From the UHGV virus genome UHGV-1366603: DNA of 64,000 nucleotides; one strand, written 5' to 3'. Source of the DNA: a virus. The stretch's first letter is position 1; every line of letters starts with the position of its first letter. Of the stretch, positions 27,246-36,943 are shown one piece after another. The position numbers and the translations under genes were made by a program. Below the pieces are notes generated by a model, which saw nothing but the letters and a program-made list of their open reading frames with translations, ran no database searches and had not been told where the DNA came from.

Positions 27246-27980
27246 ATGACATACCCGAAAACGATTCAACCTACCTTACCGACGCTGGTAATCGGTGCTG
27301 ACGCAGAAACCAAATCACTGCGTCCTGATGCGTATCTGTTAACCACAGGCTTAGTTGCCTTTGACGTACCGACTTTAAAAATGGTAGGGTCGTCGTATAT
27401 GCGTATTGATCCTAACGACCCTAAAGCAAAAGCTGTGTTCCACGAAGACCCGCAAACCGTGGGGTGGTGGGAAGGTAAAGGAGAACCTGAATACGCACCG
27501 TCTCGCGAAGCCTATACGGAAGCATGGGGCGGTACTACACCTATGCCGGAAGCGCTGTGGGCGATGCGTAAGTGGTTAGACGAAATCACCGGTAAACACA
27601 ATTTTGTTATCACCATGCGTGGCCCGGATTTCGATTCTCCGATTTTCATGAACGCGTTCGCACAATGTGACGTCCCTCCAGGTAAGTTCCGTAAATTCAG
27701 CGCGTTAGACAGCGACCGCACCGCAGAACGTTTAGCGTTGGCGTTTGGTTTTGAACCTGACTTGACCGTTGAGCAAGTTTACTGGACGCGTGGCAAACCT
27801 GCATTTGAACACCATGCTTTGTGGGACGCTGCGAAAGAAGCGTACACCACCGCACGTATTTATCACCTTGCACTGATTACCCGCGAGTATGGGTACGAAC
27901 GTGCTAAAGCCTGTCACGAAGAACTGAAAACCGGTGAATATATTCCACCACAGATTCGTGATCAGTTAACCAGGGATTAA
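27246..27980 (+). CDS. DEDDh (DnaQ-like) 3'-5' exonuclease (putative)
   Basis: Exo I-like IGADAETKS, Exo II-like GPDFDSPIFM, Exo III-like HHALWDAAKEAYTTARIYH. Confidence 0.55.
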   Translation: MTYPKTIQPTLPTLVIGADAETKSLRPDAYLLTTGLVAFDVPTLKMVGSSYMRIDPNDPKAKAVFHEDPQTVGWWEGKGEPEYAPSREAYTEAWGGTTPMPEALWAMRKWLDEITGKHNFVITMRGPDFDSPIFMNAFAQCDVPPGKFRKFSALDSDRTAERLALAFGFEPDLTVEQVYWTRGKPAFEHHALWDAAKEAYTTARIYHLALITREYGYERAKACHEELKTGEYIPPQIRDQLTRD

Positions 27981-27982
27981 GA

Positions 27983-29494
27983 ATGAAGAACGTTGATGTT
28001 GCTGTACTTTATACCGACGGTAGCCATTTAACCTCACCGATGGGAACAGGCGGTGGGATTCACGGTTACCTGTTTAATAAGGAAGAAATTGTTGACGGTG
28101 GCGTTTATCGCCACCCTACCATTCCCGAAGGGATTACAACCTCCGGCTATCGCCAGATTAACAAAGAGGAAAAACTTCCTGCGTTACCAGACTCTGTTGA
28201 GTTCGTGGACTGTGTTATTCCGGTACCGAAACACCACCACTCTGACGTTGCAGAGATTGTTGCTTTTTTAACCGTTTTCGAAAAAGCACCGTTCGTTGCA
28301 AAGAACTACATTATCTATATCGATGCGTCTTACGTTGTGAATACGTTTAACGATTGGATTGACGGTTGGGCTAAGCGGGACTGGCGACGGGCTGATGGAA
28401 CCCCTATCGCGAACCTTGAGCTGGTTCAACGGATGTGGGAAATTAAGAAACGTCTGAAGCGTGAAGGAAAAGGGATTCGTGTTCTTAAAATCAAAGGACA
28501 CTCTGGTCACTACGGTAACGAACGGGCTGACGGGCTGGCACGAAAAGGATCGTCCATCTCTGCACACGGAGAAGGCTTAGATTATCAGGCGTACTGGTCA
28601 GCAGACGAAATCCCGGAAGAACAGCAGGAAGAAATCGTCAGTGAAGGCGTTAACGTTGCCGCGTTTCCTGATATTTGCGTAACTAAGTTCTGTTACCCGA
28701 TGGTAAATGAGCAGCACCCTACAGTTAAAGTAAACGGTGAAAATCTCTATTACATGTTCGGGGGTAACCACGCAAAACAGAAGGACGATATTGTCTTCGT
28801 CGGAAAATACATTCCTGATGCGCAGTTTTGTGTGATGTTTACACGTGAGCCGTGGACAAACGTTTACGATTTGGTTAACACCCACGCTGCTAAAGCCTGG
28901 GAAGGTGTGCCGCGTTTGCGTCAGTTTGACCCTATCGCAGTTGTTTTTAACCTGTTCGTAAAACGTAAGAAGTTTGCGGAAGCAGCGGCTAACGGTATTC
29001 CGGTTGACAAAATGCACTTTAGCGAAGACAAAAACCTGTGGATGTACGAAGACTTGTCCATCAGTCGTATTCTGCGTCCTGCGTTATTGTCTTACCGTTG
29101 CATTTCCATTCGTGATGAACTGGCAGTGTGGCTGCGTGACTGTTTGGAAGGCAAATCAAACGTTGTCTTAAATGACATTACCGATTTGCTTTATGACGAA
29201 AAAGGTAAACCCACCAAAGACTTTTACCGAAACGTGGATAAAGGGTTTGACGTCTCCATTAAAATCCCTAACGGGAAGGTTGCCGTTAAAACTATTTTGA
29301 CGCGTGCTATCGACTTACCGACGCGTACGGAAATCAACCGTATCAAAGAACCGAATGGACGATTCTACGTCGCTGTACGTCGTCCAGAACGTCAGTACGT
29401 TGAATACGCGTTAGTGTATATCGGTGAGAAGTATCACGGTCTGTGGTGTGGTTATTATTCAAACAAACGAATATTGACCGATAAGGAACTTTGA
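27983..29494 (+). CDS. RNase HI-like domain protein with ~300-aa C-terminal extension
   Basis: VAVLYTDGS (Asp), ..VAEIVAFL.. (Glu), ..IYIDASYVVNTFNDWIDGWAKRDW.. (Asp), ..KIKGHSGHYGNERADGLARKG.. (His/Asp) parallel E. coli RNase HI catalytic motifs. Confidence 0.75.
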   Translation: MKNVDVAVLYTDGSHLTSPMGTGGGIHGYLFNKEEIVDGGVYRHPTIPEGITTSGYRQINKEEKLPALPDSVEFVDCVIPVPKHHHSDVAEIVAFLTVFEKAPFVAKNYIIYIDASYVVNTFNDWIDGWAKRDWRRADGTPIANLELVQRMWEIKKRLKREGKGIRVLKIKGHSGHYGNERADGLARKGSSISAHGEGLDYQAYWSADEIPEEQQEEIVSEGVNVAAFPDICVTKFCYPMVNEQHPTVKVNGENLYYMFGGNHAKQKDDIVFVGKYIPDAQFCVMFTREPWTNVYDLVNTHAAKAWEGVPRLRQFDPIAVVFNLFVKRKKFAEAAANGIPVDKMHFSEDKNLWMYEDLSISRILRPALLSYRCISIRDELAVWLRDCLEGKSNVVLNDITDLLYDEKGKPTKDFYRNVDKGFDVSIKIPNGKVAVKTILTRAIDLPTRTEINRIKEPNGRFYVAVRRPERQYVEYALVYIGEKYHGLWCGYYSNKRILTDKEL

Positions 29495-30162
29495 TGCTGA
29501 TTGTTTTTAGTCATGCGTTATCGATGGCACCGAGTTATATTCAGATACGCTTTTCAGCAATTGCGCGTCAGCAGTGGGGCTTTAAAGCCCCCTATTCTGA
29601 CGACCACTATACTCTTGGTGAAGTAGCACTTGAACTTGCCTTACGCTCATTGTGGGAAATCATCGCATTGTATAATGCAGGTTGTGATATACCGAAAGAT
29701 TGTTTCCCGCAACGGTTGATTGCGCAAGGTACTACGAACACTTACGGTAATCCGGCATTGGTAGAAGAGTGCTTAGGCTACGCTAACCAGTCTGGGGAAC
29801 TGCAACACAACTTTAATCTGGTGATTAACAAAGTCTGGAGTGAGCTGGAAAGCTATCCTGAAAAGATTATCTGGTTTGATCGTAACCAATTCGTTAAGGA
29901 GGTGGCCAGTAAACGACCTGTTCGTTTAGTTACCTTAAAACCCGCCGACCTTGATTTGAAACAAACGTATCCCTTCCCGGAAGAAATTCGGCTTTCTCCA
30001 GAAACTGTAGGTCACACTATTTTCAAACAAGGTGACGCCTGGATATTGCCTCACGATCTAGACCGTTTCCTGCTCAACTCCGATCAGATTCACTCCGGCT
30101 ATGATTCTCTCGTGAAAGCGTTTCACATCGATCCCTATTTCGCTAAAAACTTTCTTAGATAG
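29494..30162 (+). CDS. hypothetical protein
   Basis: ATG overlapping the upstream stop (TGATG); ORF track 29491..30162. Confidence 0.55.
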   Translation: MLIVFSHALSMAPSYIQIRFSAIARQQWGFKAPYSDDHYTLGEVALELALRSLWEIIALYNAGCDIPKDCFPQRLIAQGTTNTYGNPALVEECLGYANQSGELQHNFNLVINKVWSELESYPEKIIWFDRNQFVKEVASKRPVRLVTLKPADLDLKQTYPFPEEIRLSPETVGHTIFKQGDAWILPHDLDRFLLNSDQIHSGYDSLVKAFHIDPYFAKNFLR

Positions 30163-30176
30163 ATATTATTCAGGTG
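30158..30176 (+). promoter_or_regulatory. candidate phage promoter motif AGATAGATATTATTCAGGTG
   Basis: Matches the recurring AGATAT-ATT-AC/TC-AGGTG motif, upstream of gene 30200. Confidence 0.3.
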
Positions 30177-30199
30177 TAGAACCCTCGGAGTTAATCACC

Positions 30200-30937
30200 A
30201 TGTTGAAAGTTTATGTCCCTCAATTACAACGTATTAATCCCTCGTTGTTCGAGGGACTCTTTTATAAAATTTGGCCACAATACTTCAATGAACGCCTGAA
30301 AGACCCAAAATGGTCAACTGTCCAAGGAGAATTCTTTTACACCGCACAAACAGCCTGTACAAATGTCTTTACTCACCTCATCTCTGAGGTTATTGACGCT
30401 ATCAACACCAACCGAAACTTTGACCTTCGTGACATCATAATAGATCTCTCAGCAATCTTCGATAACTACGATTGTGATGACGCCGTATTCGAACATTTCT
30501 CCTCTGAAGATGTCTGGGAGGCCGTTTATCAATGGCTAGAATACTACGTAAATTTTCTACTTTCCCCGAACATGTTAGAAAATTACAATAAAGCACTCTT
30601 TCCCATTTATAACGACTTAATGAACGTCAAACGAACAAAGAATCTCGTTGGTTTCTGGTATTCGACTTATGACGCTGAATGTAAGTTGTGGGAAAAAGAA
30701 ATGATTGCTTACGGTATCGAGCGCGATGATTTTGATGAATTACATCGTGGTTATTGGCCGTTCAATCATTACGAAAATGGGTGTCATGGCGATCCGTATT
30801 TGTGGTCTTTTTATTTCTGTAATCAGACTGGTGTTATCTATCTTGAAGACACCGGTGTGCGAATCCCTAACGGTGCGGATGTGACATACTGCCAGTTACG
30901 TAAAGACCGGGCTGACGTCATTTATCAGGATTATTAA
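30200..30937 (+). CDS. hypothetical protein (245 aa)
   Basis: ORF track; no motif recognised. Confidence 0.6.
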   Translation: MLKVYVPQLQRINPSLFEGLFYKIWPQYFNERLKDPKWSTVQGEFFYTAQTACTNVFTHLISEVIDAINTNRNFDLRDIIIDLSAIFDNYDCDDAVFEHFSSEDVWEAVYQWLEYYVNFLLSPNMLENYNKALFPIYNDLMNVKRTKNLVGFWYSTYDAECKLWEKEMIAYGIERDDFDELHRGYWPFNHYENGCHGDPYLWSFYFCNQTGVIYLEDTGVRIPNGADVTYCQLRKDRADVIYQDY

Positions 30938-30938
30938 C

Positions 30939-31487
30939 ATGAAATTACTTATTGATTTCTCTCTGAGCTCGTCACGAGACAGGCTAAATAAAATACTTAC
31001 TGAAATGCGAAATAAAGTGACGTTAGAACTGCACGACGCGATAGCGGTGTACGAGAGAAAGCTAACAAAAGAGAACAACGGGGAAACCGTGGTGATCTTA
31101 GACGCTAAGGCGATGGTGGATTTTCTGGTAGACGTATTAGAAAGGCGGATTCACGCAGTGATAGAACGACCTTATCTGGTTCGTGTAACTGACCCAGACA
31201 CTACGGTAGAATCAATACTGGAAAAGGCGTTCGTCGACGCAGCACACTATTTACAAAACCATTCCCCAGACGATTTCGAAACGATTTACGTTGGCGTTAT
31301 ACAGCAACAGAATGCTGAAACCAACATCGTGGATACCGTCTGCTGGAGCGATATCCTTACTAATGAAACCATGTCTCGTATTCGAGATATCTTTATTGAA
31401 AATCTGGCATTAGTGAAAAGGGTGTGTAGTTCCGAGATTATTTATTTATCATCAAAACTTCAACCCGCTAAGACAAGCACCGTTTAA
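30939..31487 (+). CDS. hypothetical protein (182 aa)
   Basis: ORF track; start 2 nt after the upstream stop. Confidence 0.6.
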   Translation: MKLLIDFSLSSSRDRLNKILTEMRNKVTLELHDAIAVYERKLTKENNGETVVILDAKAMVDFLVDVLERRIHAVIERPYLVRVTDPDTTVESILEKAFVDAAHYLQNHSPDDFETIYVGVIQQQNAETNIVDTVCWSDILTNETMSRIRDIFIENLALVKRVCSSEIIYLSSKLQPAKTSTV

Positions 31488-31504
31488 CTTAAGGAGATTA
31501 AAAC

Positions 31505-31993
31505 ATGAATTTAAATCAAATTATCGCTTTGAAAAACTCAGACATCATTCATGAATTCCTCAACCATACCGACCGTGTACATGCCACGATCAGAAATAAA
31601 CTCGCACCAATGGTCGTCGATACTCCCTGGATGGCTGGCGTTGCCAGCGACTACATCGAAAATAGTTACAGAGCCCGACTTATAACGAATCTGGATGATT
31701 TCTTTGTTGGTTTCTTTGGCGGAATCACAAAATCATTTATCGATAGACGGTTATACGGAATCCGTATTGAAACATTACAATCGCTAATTAACGAATACCA
31801 TAACGGTTTTATCCCAGCAATTGTACCGCCTTATGCAGAAGGTGAGTGGCGTCGTTTCTATAGTCAAATTTGGGGCAATGAAGCACACTCACACGGTATT
31901 GTGGAAATCATTAGCTACGATCAAGGTATGCTCGCACTACACCTGTGGGAATGGCTAAAAGCTAACTATCCAAATTACGTCAAGATCGACTAA
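31505..31993 (+). CDS. hypothetical protein (162 aa)
   Basis: ORF track; SD TAAGGAG. Confidence 0.6.
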   Translation: MNLNQIIALKNSDIIHEFLNHTDRVHATIRNKLAPMVVDTPWMAGVASDYIENSYRARLITNLDDFFVGFFGGITKSFIDRRLYGIRIETLQSLINEYHNGFIPAIVPPYAEGEWRRFYSQIWGNEAHSHGIVEIISYDQGMLALHLWEWLKANYPNYVKID

Positions 31994-31998
31994 TATAC

Positions 31999-32030
31999 AC
32001 CCTAGCCTCGGCTAGGGTTACTTTATTTTA
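31999..32030 (+). terminator. rho-independent terminator (CCCTAGCC-loop-GGCTAGGG + T-run)
   Basis: Hairpin followed by TTACTTTATTTT. Confidence 0.5.
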
Positions 32031-32051
32031 ACCATTTTAGGAGTATATACC

Positions 32052-32984
32052 ATGTATTTGTACAAAAGTAAAAAAGTAAAAGGTATTAAAGACTGTCTTA
32101 GACAAATGGGGAGTCAGCATCTAGAAAATGTCATGGAAGAAAACCAAACAAAAGAAAATCCTGTCTCGAAATGGATAAAAAAGAATCGTAACCATTTAAC
32201 CAATTCCTTTATACCCTACGACACTGAGTTAGGTCTCAAAGATCCACGTTCCCTTCACGCACAAACGTTGGCAATCGGGTGGCTATATGGCGGGGTTTCC
32301 TTAATATCCAACCAAGCACTTAGAGAACTTGTTTTCGAGACTGAGATGCCCAGTAAATTCCCTGAAGAATGGTTGGACTTTATACCCGCATGGACTGTGG
32401 CAATCGACGTAGGTAAAGAGGATGAGACTTTCTTTCTCGGCTATCGAAAAAATGGGAAGAAAAGGTTTATTATAATCGCTACAAATACTGATTACGGGTT
32501 AACAGAAGGAGTTACCACAATTGCCACTTGTTCGTTAGAGCTTCGTAGTGTAGGAAACGGGCTTGTTGAAATTGATTATACAACTGGCGTACAGACCGAA
32601 GAAGAGAAGATGTTATGGTTATCTCTGGCCAAAGCCGCCACTTCGATGATATTTCTGTGCACGCTAATCCCGCCTAATTACAGGGAGTCTTTTAATGATA
32701 TTAAGTTCAGGGAAATCAAAAAGAACGGTAGTATTAGTTACGACGTTAAACCGCGAGAACGTGATGTTAAGGTTGATATCACACCAGGACAAGTAAAATA
32801 TCTAAAAGGATTTAACACCGACTTGAAAGCCATGCAGGGTATCAAACACGCCAAAGCTGCACATATTCGTCGTGCACACTGGCGTAGATATTGGGTCGGT
32901 CCAAGAGATGGGGAAAGGAAGAGAAAACTTTGCTGGATTCCACCGACGTTTGTCCGAGGCTACGTACCCCACACGCAAGACTAG
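32052..32984 (+). CDS. hypothetical protein, paralog pair 3 (Arg-rich C-terminal HIRRAHWRR..W.WI.PTF motif)
   Basis: C-terminus KAAHIRRAHWRRYWVGPRDGERKRKLCWIPPTFVRGY; SD TTAGGAG. Confidence 0.6.
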   Translation: MYLYKSKKVKGIKDCLRQMGSQHLENVMEENQTKENPVSKWIKKNRNHLTNSFIPYDTELGLKDPRSLHAQTLAIGWLYGGVSLISNQALRELVFETEMPSKFPEEWLDFIPAWTVAIDVGKEDETFFLGYRKNGKKRFIIIATNTDYGLTEGVTTIATCSLELRSVGNGLVEIDYTTGVQTEEEKMLWLSLAKAATSMIFLCTLIPPNYRESFNDIKFREIKKNGSISYDVKPRERDVKVDITPGQVKYLKGFNTDLKAMQGIKHAKAAHIRRAHWRRYWVGPRDGERKRKLCWIPPTFVRGYVPHTQD

Positions 32985-32995
32985 GAGAATTATAA

Positions 32996-33879
32996 TGTTA
33001 AGACGCAGAATTTATGGAGACACGCTTCGTCGTATTAGTGAAGCTATAGAGACTGCACACAAAGACTTGTTTGGTCTGAAAGAAGATCGGTTTCTAACGT
33101 TTGTCAGGGAACACAAGAGACAACTCCCCGTAACCTTTCTGCCCGTTAACGACCCAACGTACCGTGAGTTCGGCACCACCAAACAGGTGCCGTATTCTAT
33201 TCGCCAGTCGTTAGGTTTGGGTTGGCAATACGCAGGTATTGAAATTATCTCTGATAAAGAGCTGATGGGATTACTTGCAGACACAGAACGTTTAACGGAT
33301 ATTCCGTACGCGTGGATTGAAGCCATCCCTTCATTCACCTTTTCCGTGACTGTCAAGATTAACGAACTTCCTGCTACGCTCTTTATCGGTCGTCGTAAAT
33401 TCGAAGGTGAAGAAGTATTGTTCGTTTTACGATGGGTGGAGATAAATCAGCGGCACTGTTGGTCAACCAAGATTTATCGGTTCAACAGAAAGGCAGACGA
33501 CTTTGTTAGTTTAGAACCTTACTTTGCTAACGAGTCAAAGGACGAGGAACTTCTGGATGAGGTACATATCGGTTTATATCTTTCCTCGCGGGTGAAGAAA
33601 TCGGAACGCGAGCGACGGGAATACCGTGGTAGAACGACACGTTACGTACCTGATACAGAAATCCTCCCACGCAGAGAACCTGTCGTTGTTGACGTAAGTC
33701 CAGTACAACGCGAAGACTTAGAGAAGCAACGCAGAGAAGGCAGGAGAATCTGTTTAACGCCGCATCGCGCAGCGCACATACGCAGAGCACATTGGAAACG
33801 GGTCTGGTGTGGACCAATGACAGGGACACGCTGGCAGGAATGGCGTTGGATTGCACCCACCTTTATATCCGGTTTTTAG
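32996..33879 (+). CDS. hypothetical protein, paralog pair 3
   Basis: ATG at 32996 preceded by AGGAGA; C-terminus RAAHIRRAHWKRVWCGPMTGTRWQEWRWIAPTFISGF. Confidence 0.6.
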
Positions 33880-33896
33880 CGTGAAAATAAAGATTA

Positions 33897-33942
33897 CCCC
33901 TAGACCTTGTGGTCTAGGGGTAGCTTTTACTTATTATTTTTT
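33897..33942. terminator. bidirectional terminator (CCCCTAGACC-TTGT-GGTCTAGGGG, T-runs both sides)
   Basis: 10-bp stem between convergent genes 32996..33879 and 33934..34689. Confidence 0.6.
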
Positions 33943-34689
33943 GTTTGCCTTCAGCGCTTTCAGGCGTTCAGCCGTCACGTTCAGGCATTCAATCAATTCG
34001 TTCACTTGTTTCATGAACAAACCAAACAGTTCAACCCAATCGGATGCAAAGTCTAACATCGCTGTCAGTTCTTTTGCCACATTAGGATGGATGTTTTGTT
34101 CAGACAGAATCGTTGCAGAAGCTTTAATGGACTCGATGGATTTATCGATGTTCGTACGAAGTTTCTTCGTGATTTCAACGTTCAGTGCTTTTGCACGGTT
34201 AAACGCAATATCGATTTCCGTAGCACTGTGGTACGTTTTCTCAATCGGACGCTGGTCAATAACGTTGTTGGTGTAAGACTTAGCCAACTGGTTAACCAGG
34301 TCTTTCGGATTCACGTTACGTAACGGAATGTTAACGTTTTTATAACGGAAACCGATAGGTAATGACAGTACGCCCACATCATGTGTAAGGGCGGAAAGTT
34401 GCAACTCAACAGGTAAAAGGACACCGTCGTAGATCTTCTGTAATGAACTCCACACCGATTCTAAGCGGTTAATGTGATCCATTACGTAGGTATTGAAGCC
34501 TGGCGGTACAATAACCAACATGCCTGCAAAGTGTAAGAATTTTTCCTGTTGCATCCACTTGGAAACGTCTGACATGTCGTCGTAAGTGGTTAATGCAATC
34601 TCTTGTTGAGGGCCACTGAACCCTTTGGGTAAGATTGCAGACGCTTTAGCGGCAAAGCTAGTTAACGCTGCAAGTGGATTTACGTTCAT
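33934..34689 (-). CDS. hypothetical protein (251 aa)
   Basis: ORF track; no motif recognised. Confidence 0.6.
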   Translation of the reverse strand: MNVNPLAALTSFAAKASAILPKGFSGPQQEIALTTYDDMSDVSKWMQQEKFLHFAGMLVIVPPGFNTYVMDHINRLESVWSSLQKIYDGVLLPVELQLSALTHDVGVLSLPIGFRYKNVNIPLRNVNPKDLVNQLAKSYTNNVIDQRPIEKTYHSATEIDIAFNRAKALNVEITKKLRTNIDKSIESIKASATILSEQNIHPNVAKELTAMLDFASDWVELFGLFMKQVNELIECLNVTAERLKALKANKK

Positions 34690-34786
34690 TTAAAACCTCG
34701 GATTATAAGTCAGGGTTACATAGTAAAGTCTTTTTACAGTTCATCCTGAACTTATGACCGAGATTATCTCACAAAGGTAAAGCTCG

Positions 34787-35086
34787 ATGAAAATCAAATT
34801 ACTGACTCGAAACACCACGCCTCGTCTGGAACCGGAAATCTATCTTACCCCGGTGAAAAAAGACAAAGAAGGTAAGCCTATTCAAGTAGGTAAGATTCTT
34901 AGCGTGACTTCTTTACCTAACGGTAAGCGCGTGATGGAATTAGAAATCGACGAGCGCAACAAACGTCGTTTCGAGTCTATTGAGAACCCCTATCCTGAAA
35001 AATCGGAAGAAGTCACCGAGTGGGCAGAGACCTACTTTGAATTCTGGCACAAACGCCGTCTTCTTCTTCCGACCAAGAATCGTTAA
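34787..35086 (+). CDS. hypothetical protein (99 aa)
   Basis: ORF track. Confidence 0.5.
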   Translation: MKIKLLTRNTTPRLEPEIYLTPVKKDKEGKPIQVGKILSVTSLPNGKRVMELEIDERNKRRFESIENPYPEKSEEVTEWAETYFEFWHKRRLLLPTKNR

Positions 35087-35101
35087 TTATTGGAGCGCTA
35101 A

Positions 35102-36598
35102 ATGGCAGGCCCAACTAAGCAAGTTATCGGTGAAGTAATTCGTCCTCGTTTTAACGTTTATACCATCATGGACCACGCCTTAGGCAACTACGAAAGAGGC
35201 GAAGATGGTTTATACTACCTTAACGGTGGTTTTGCCCACATCATGGGTTTCGCGGGTCGTGGTAACACCTTCAAATCTACACTGTTGGATTTCTGTATCT
35301 TCCAAATCCTGCAACGCTATAAAGCAGAGTGGGGTTCGAAATACGATACCGAAGTGTCTGCTGCCCTCGATCGCTTAGAGACTGGTTATATTTCTGCCAT
35401 GCACGCCAACGGTATTGACGATGGAACTTCGGTACTGGAACTTATTCACGAAGGTCGTTATAACCTCGTTGGTTCTGACGTGATGCCAGGGGAACAGTAT
35501 TACAGTGACTATATTCGTGACGAAGTGGAAAAACGCTTCAAGCAGTATATGTCTGGTAAAACCCGTGTAACCCCGTTCCTTGACCCAGTTCGTCGTAAGC
35601 AAAAAGAAATCCTTGACCCGTGGCTGTATTCTATCGACTCCCTGTCTGAGTGGCACTCGTCTTCTCTGGAAGACAAGCACGCTAAAACGGATATCGGTGA
35701 TTCCGATCAGAACATTCTCAACGCCCACGACGCCTTACAGAAATCGAACATGATGAGCCGTTGGCCGTCTGCGTTTGCCCGTGGTGGTTTCTACATGGGC
35801 TTTGTTGCACAGATGGCGGACGACTCCGGTAAGGCGATGGCTGGCGGTCGTCAAGGGCAGAAAGCAAACGCGAAACTGCTGGACGATGCGAACGACGATC
35901 TCAAATTCGCAGGGATTCCTCGTCGTCAGTTAAGCTTCCTGACTAACTCGTTTATTGTTGCGACAAAATCAGGCGAGCTGAAAAAAGACCAGAGTTATAA
36001 TGCCCAGACCGGTGTTAACGAAGAACTTTACCCAACTGCACGTTCAAAAGCCATGAACGCGTCGGTTAACGACCTGAAAGTTATCACCTTTACGCAATAC
36101 CGTGCTAAAGGCGGTCACACGGGTGTGAAGTTCCAGATGATCTTCTCACAAGAGATGGGTCTACTGTACCACCTGAGCCTGTGGCATTACCTGAGTGACA
36201 CCCTGAAAAAATCCGAATTTGGGTTTACGTCCAGCGGTAGCGGTGGTTCCATTAAAGAACTCCAGATTCTTCCTGGTGTTAAATTCCAGCGTACGACGAT
36301 TCGTGACATGATTGACGATAACCCGAAACTGCGTCGGGCATTAGAAATCACGGCTGCGATTGCGTACATGCAAAACAACTACCATCGTTTAGAGGTTAAA
36401 TACCACCTCACGATGGAAGAAATCTACAAACTCATTGATGAAAAATGGGATTGGAATGAGATTCTGGAAAACACCGTAGAATACTGGATGTTTAAAGACC
36501 AGGAAACGAAAGGTGGTAAACGCACGTTAACTGCCCGTACGATTCTGGGTATGGCCGTGGACGGCCTGGAACCGAAGTTCCTCACCAAAAAGAAATAA
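35102..36598 (+). CDS. RecA/UvsX-like P-loop ATPase (putative recombinase)
   Basis: ..GGFAHIMGFAGRGNTFKSTLLD.. resembles the T4 UvsX P-loop ..GLTIFAGPSKHFKSNMSL..; candidate Walker B ..PWLYSIDSLSEW.. Confidence 0.45.
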   Translation: MAGPTKQVIGEVIRPRFNVYTIMDHALGNYERGEDGLYYLNGGFAHIMGFAGRGNTFKSTLLDFCIFQILQRYKAEWGSKYDTEVSAALDRLETGYISAMHANGIDDGTSVLELIHEGRYNLVGSDVMPGEQYYSDYIRDEVEKRFKQYMSGKTRVTPFLDPVRRKQKEILDPWLYSIDSLSEWHSSSLEDKHAKTDIGDSDQNILNAHDALQKSNMMSRWPSAFARGGFYMGFVAQMADDSGKAMAGGRQGQKANAKLLDDANDDLKFAGIPRRQLSFLTNSFIVATKSGELKKDQSYNAQTGVNEELYPTARSKAMNASVNDLKVITFTQYRAKGGHTGVKFQMIFSQEMGLLYHLSLWHYLSDTLKKSEFGFTSSGSGGSIKELQILPGVKFQRTTIRDMIDDNPKLRRALEITAAIAYMQNNYHRLEVKYHLTMEEIYKLIDEKWDWNEILENTVEYWMFKDQETKGGKRTLTARTILGMAVDGLEPKFLTKKK

Positions 36599-36643
36599 AA
36601 GCGTTAGGGTAGGGGATTACCCTACCCTAGCTAAGGAGTCGTT

Positions 36644-36943
36644 ATGCGTTATCAAACGGAGATTGTGGAACGCTTAAGCGAAGGTTTAGCCAGCGTCAGT
36701 CTGGAAACAGCAGCGGCATTTCGTGAGACTTTCGCTACTTTCTTTCCCGATCGTGAATCTTTTTGTTTAAAGGTCGGTGAATATTATTCCAAGTTACTCG
36801 AACACTACGGTTATCCGCCGGTGAAATTCGACGTACCTGAAAACACCGACGACATCAGTTATTGGATTGAAACCCTCGAAGCAGGGACACTTTCCAACTT
36901 GCGTAAGGCGGTAGAAAATGAAACTCGATCCAGCGCGGCGTAA
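36644..36943 (+). CDS. hypothetical protein (99 aa)
   Basis: SD TAAGGAG; preceded by hairpin GGGTAGGG-GATTA-CCCTACCC with no T-run. Confidence 0.5.
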   Translation: MRYQTEIVERLSEGLASVSLETAAAFRETFATFFPDRESFCLKVGEYYSKLLEHYGYPPVKFDVPENTDDISYWIETLEAGTLSNLRKAVENETRSSAA

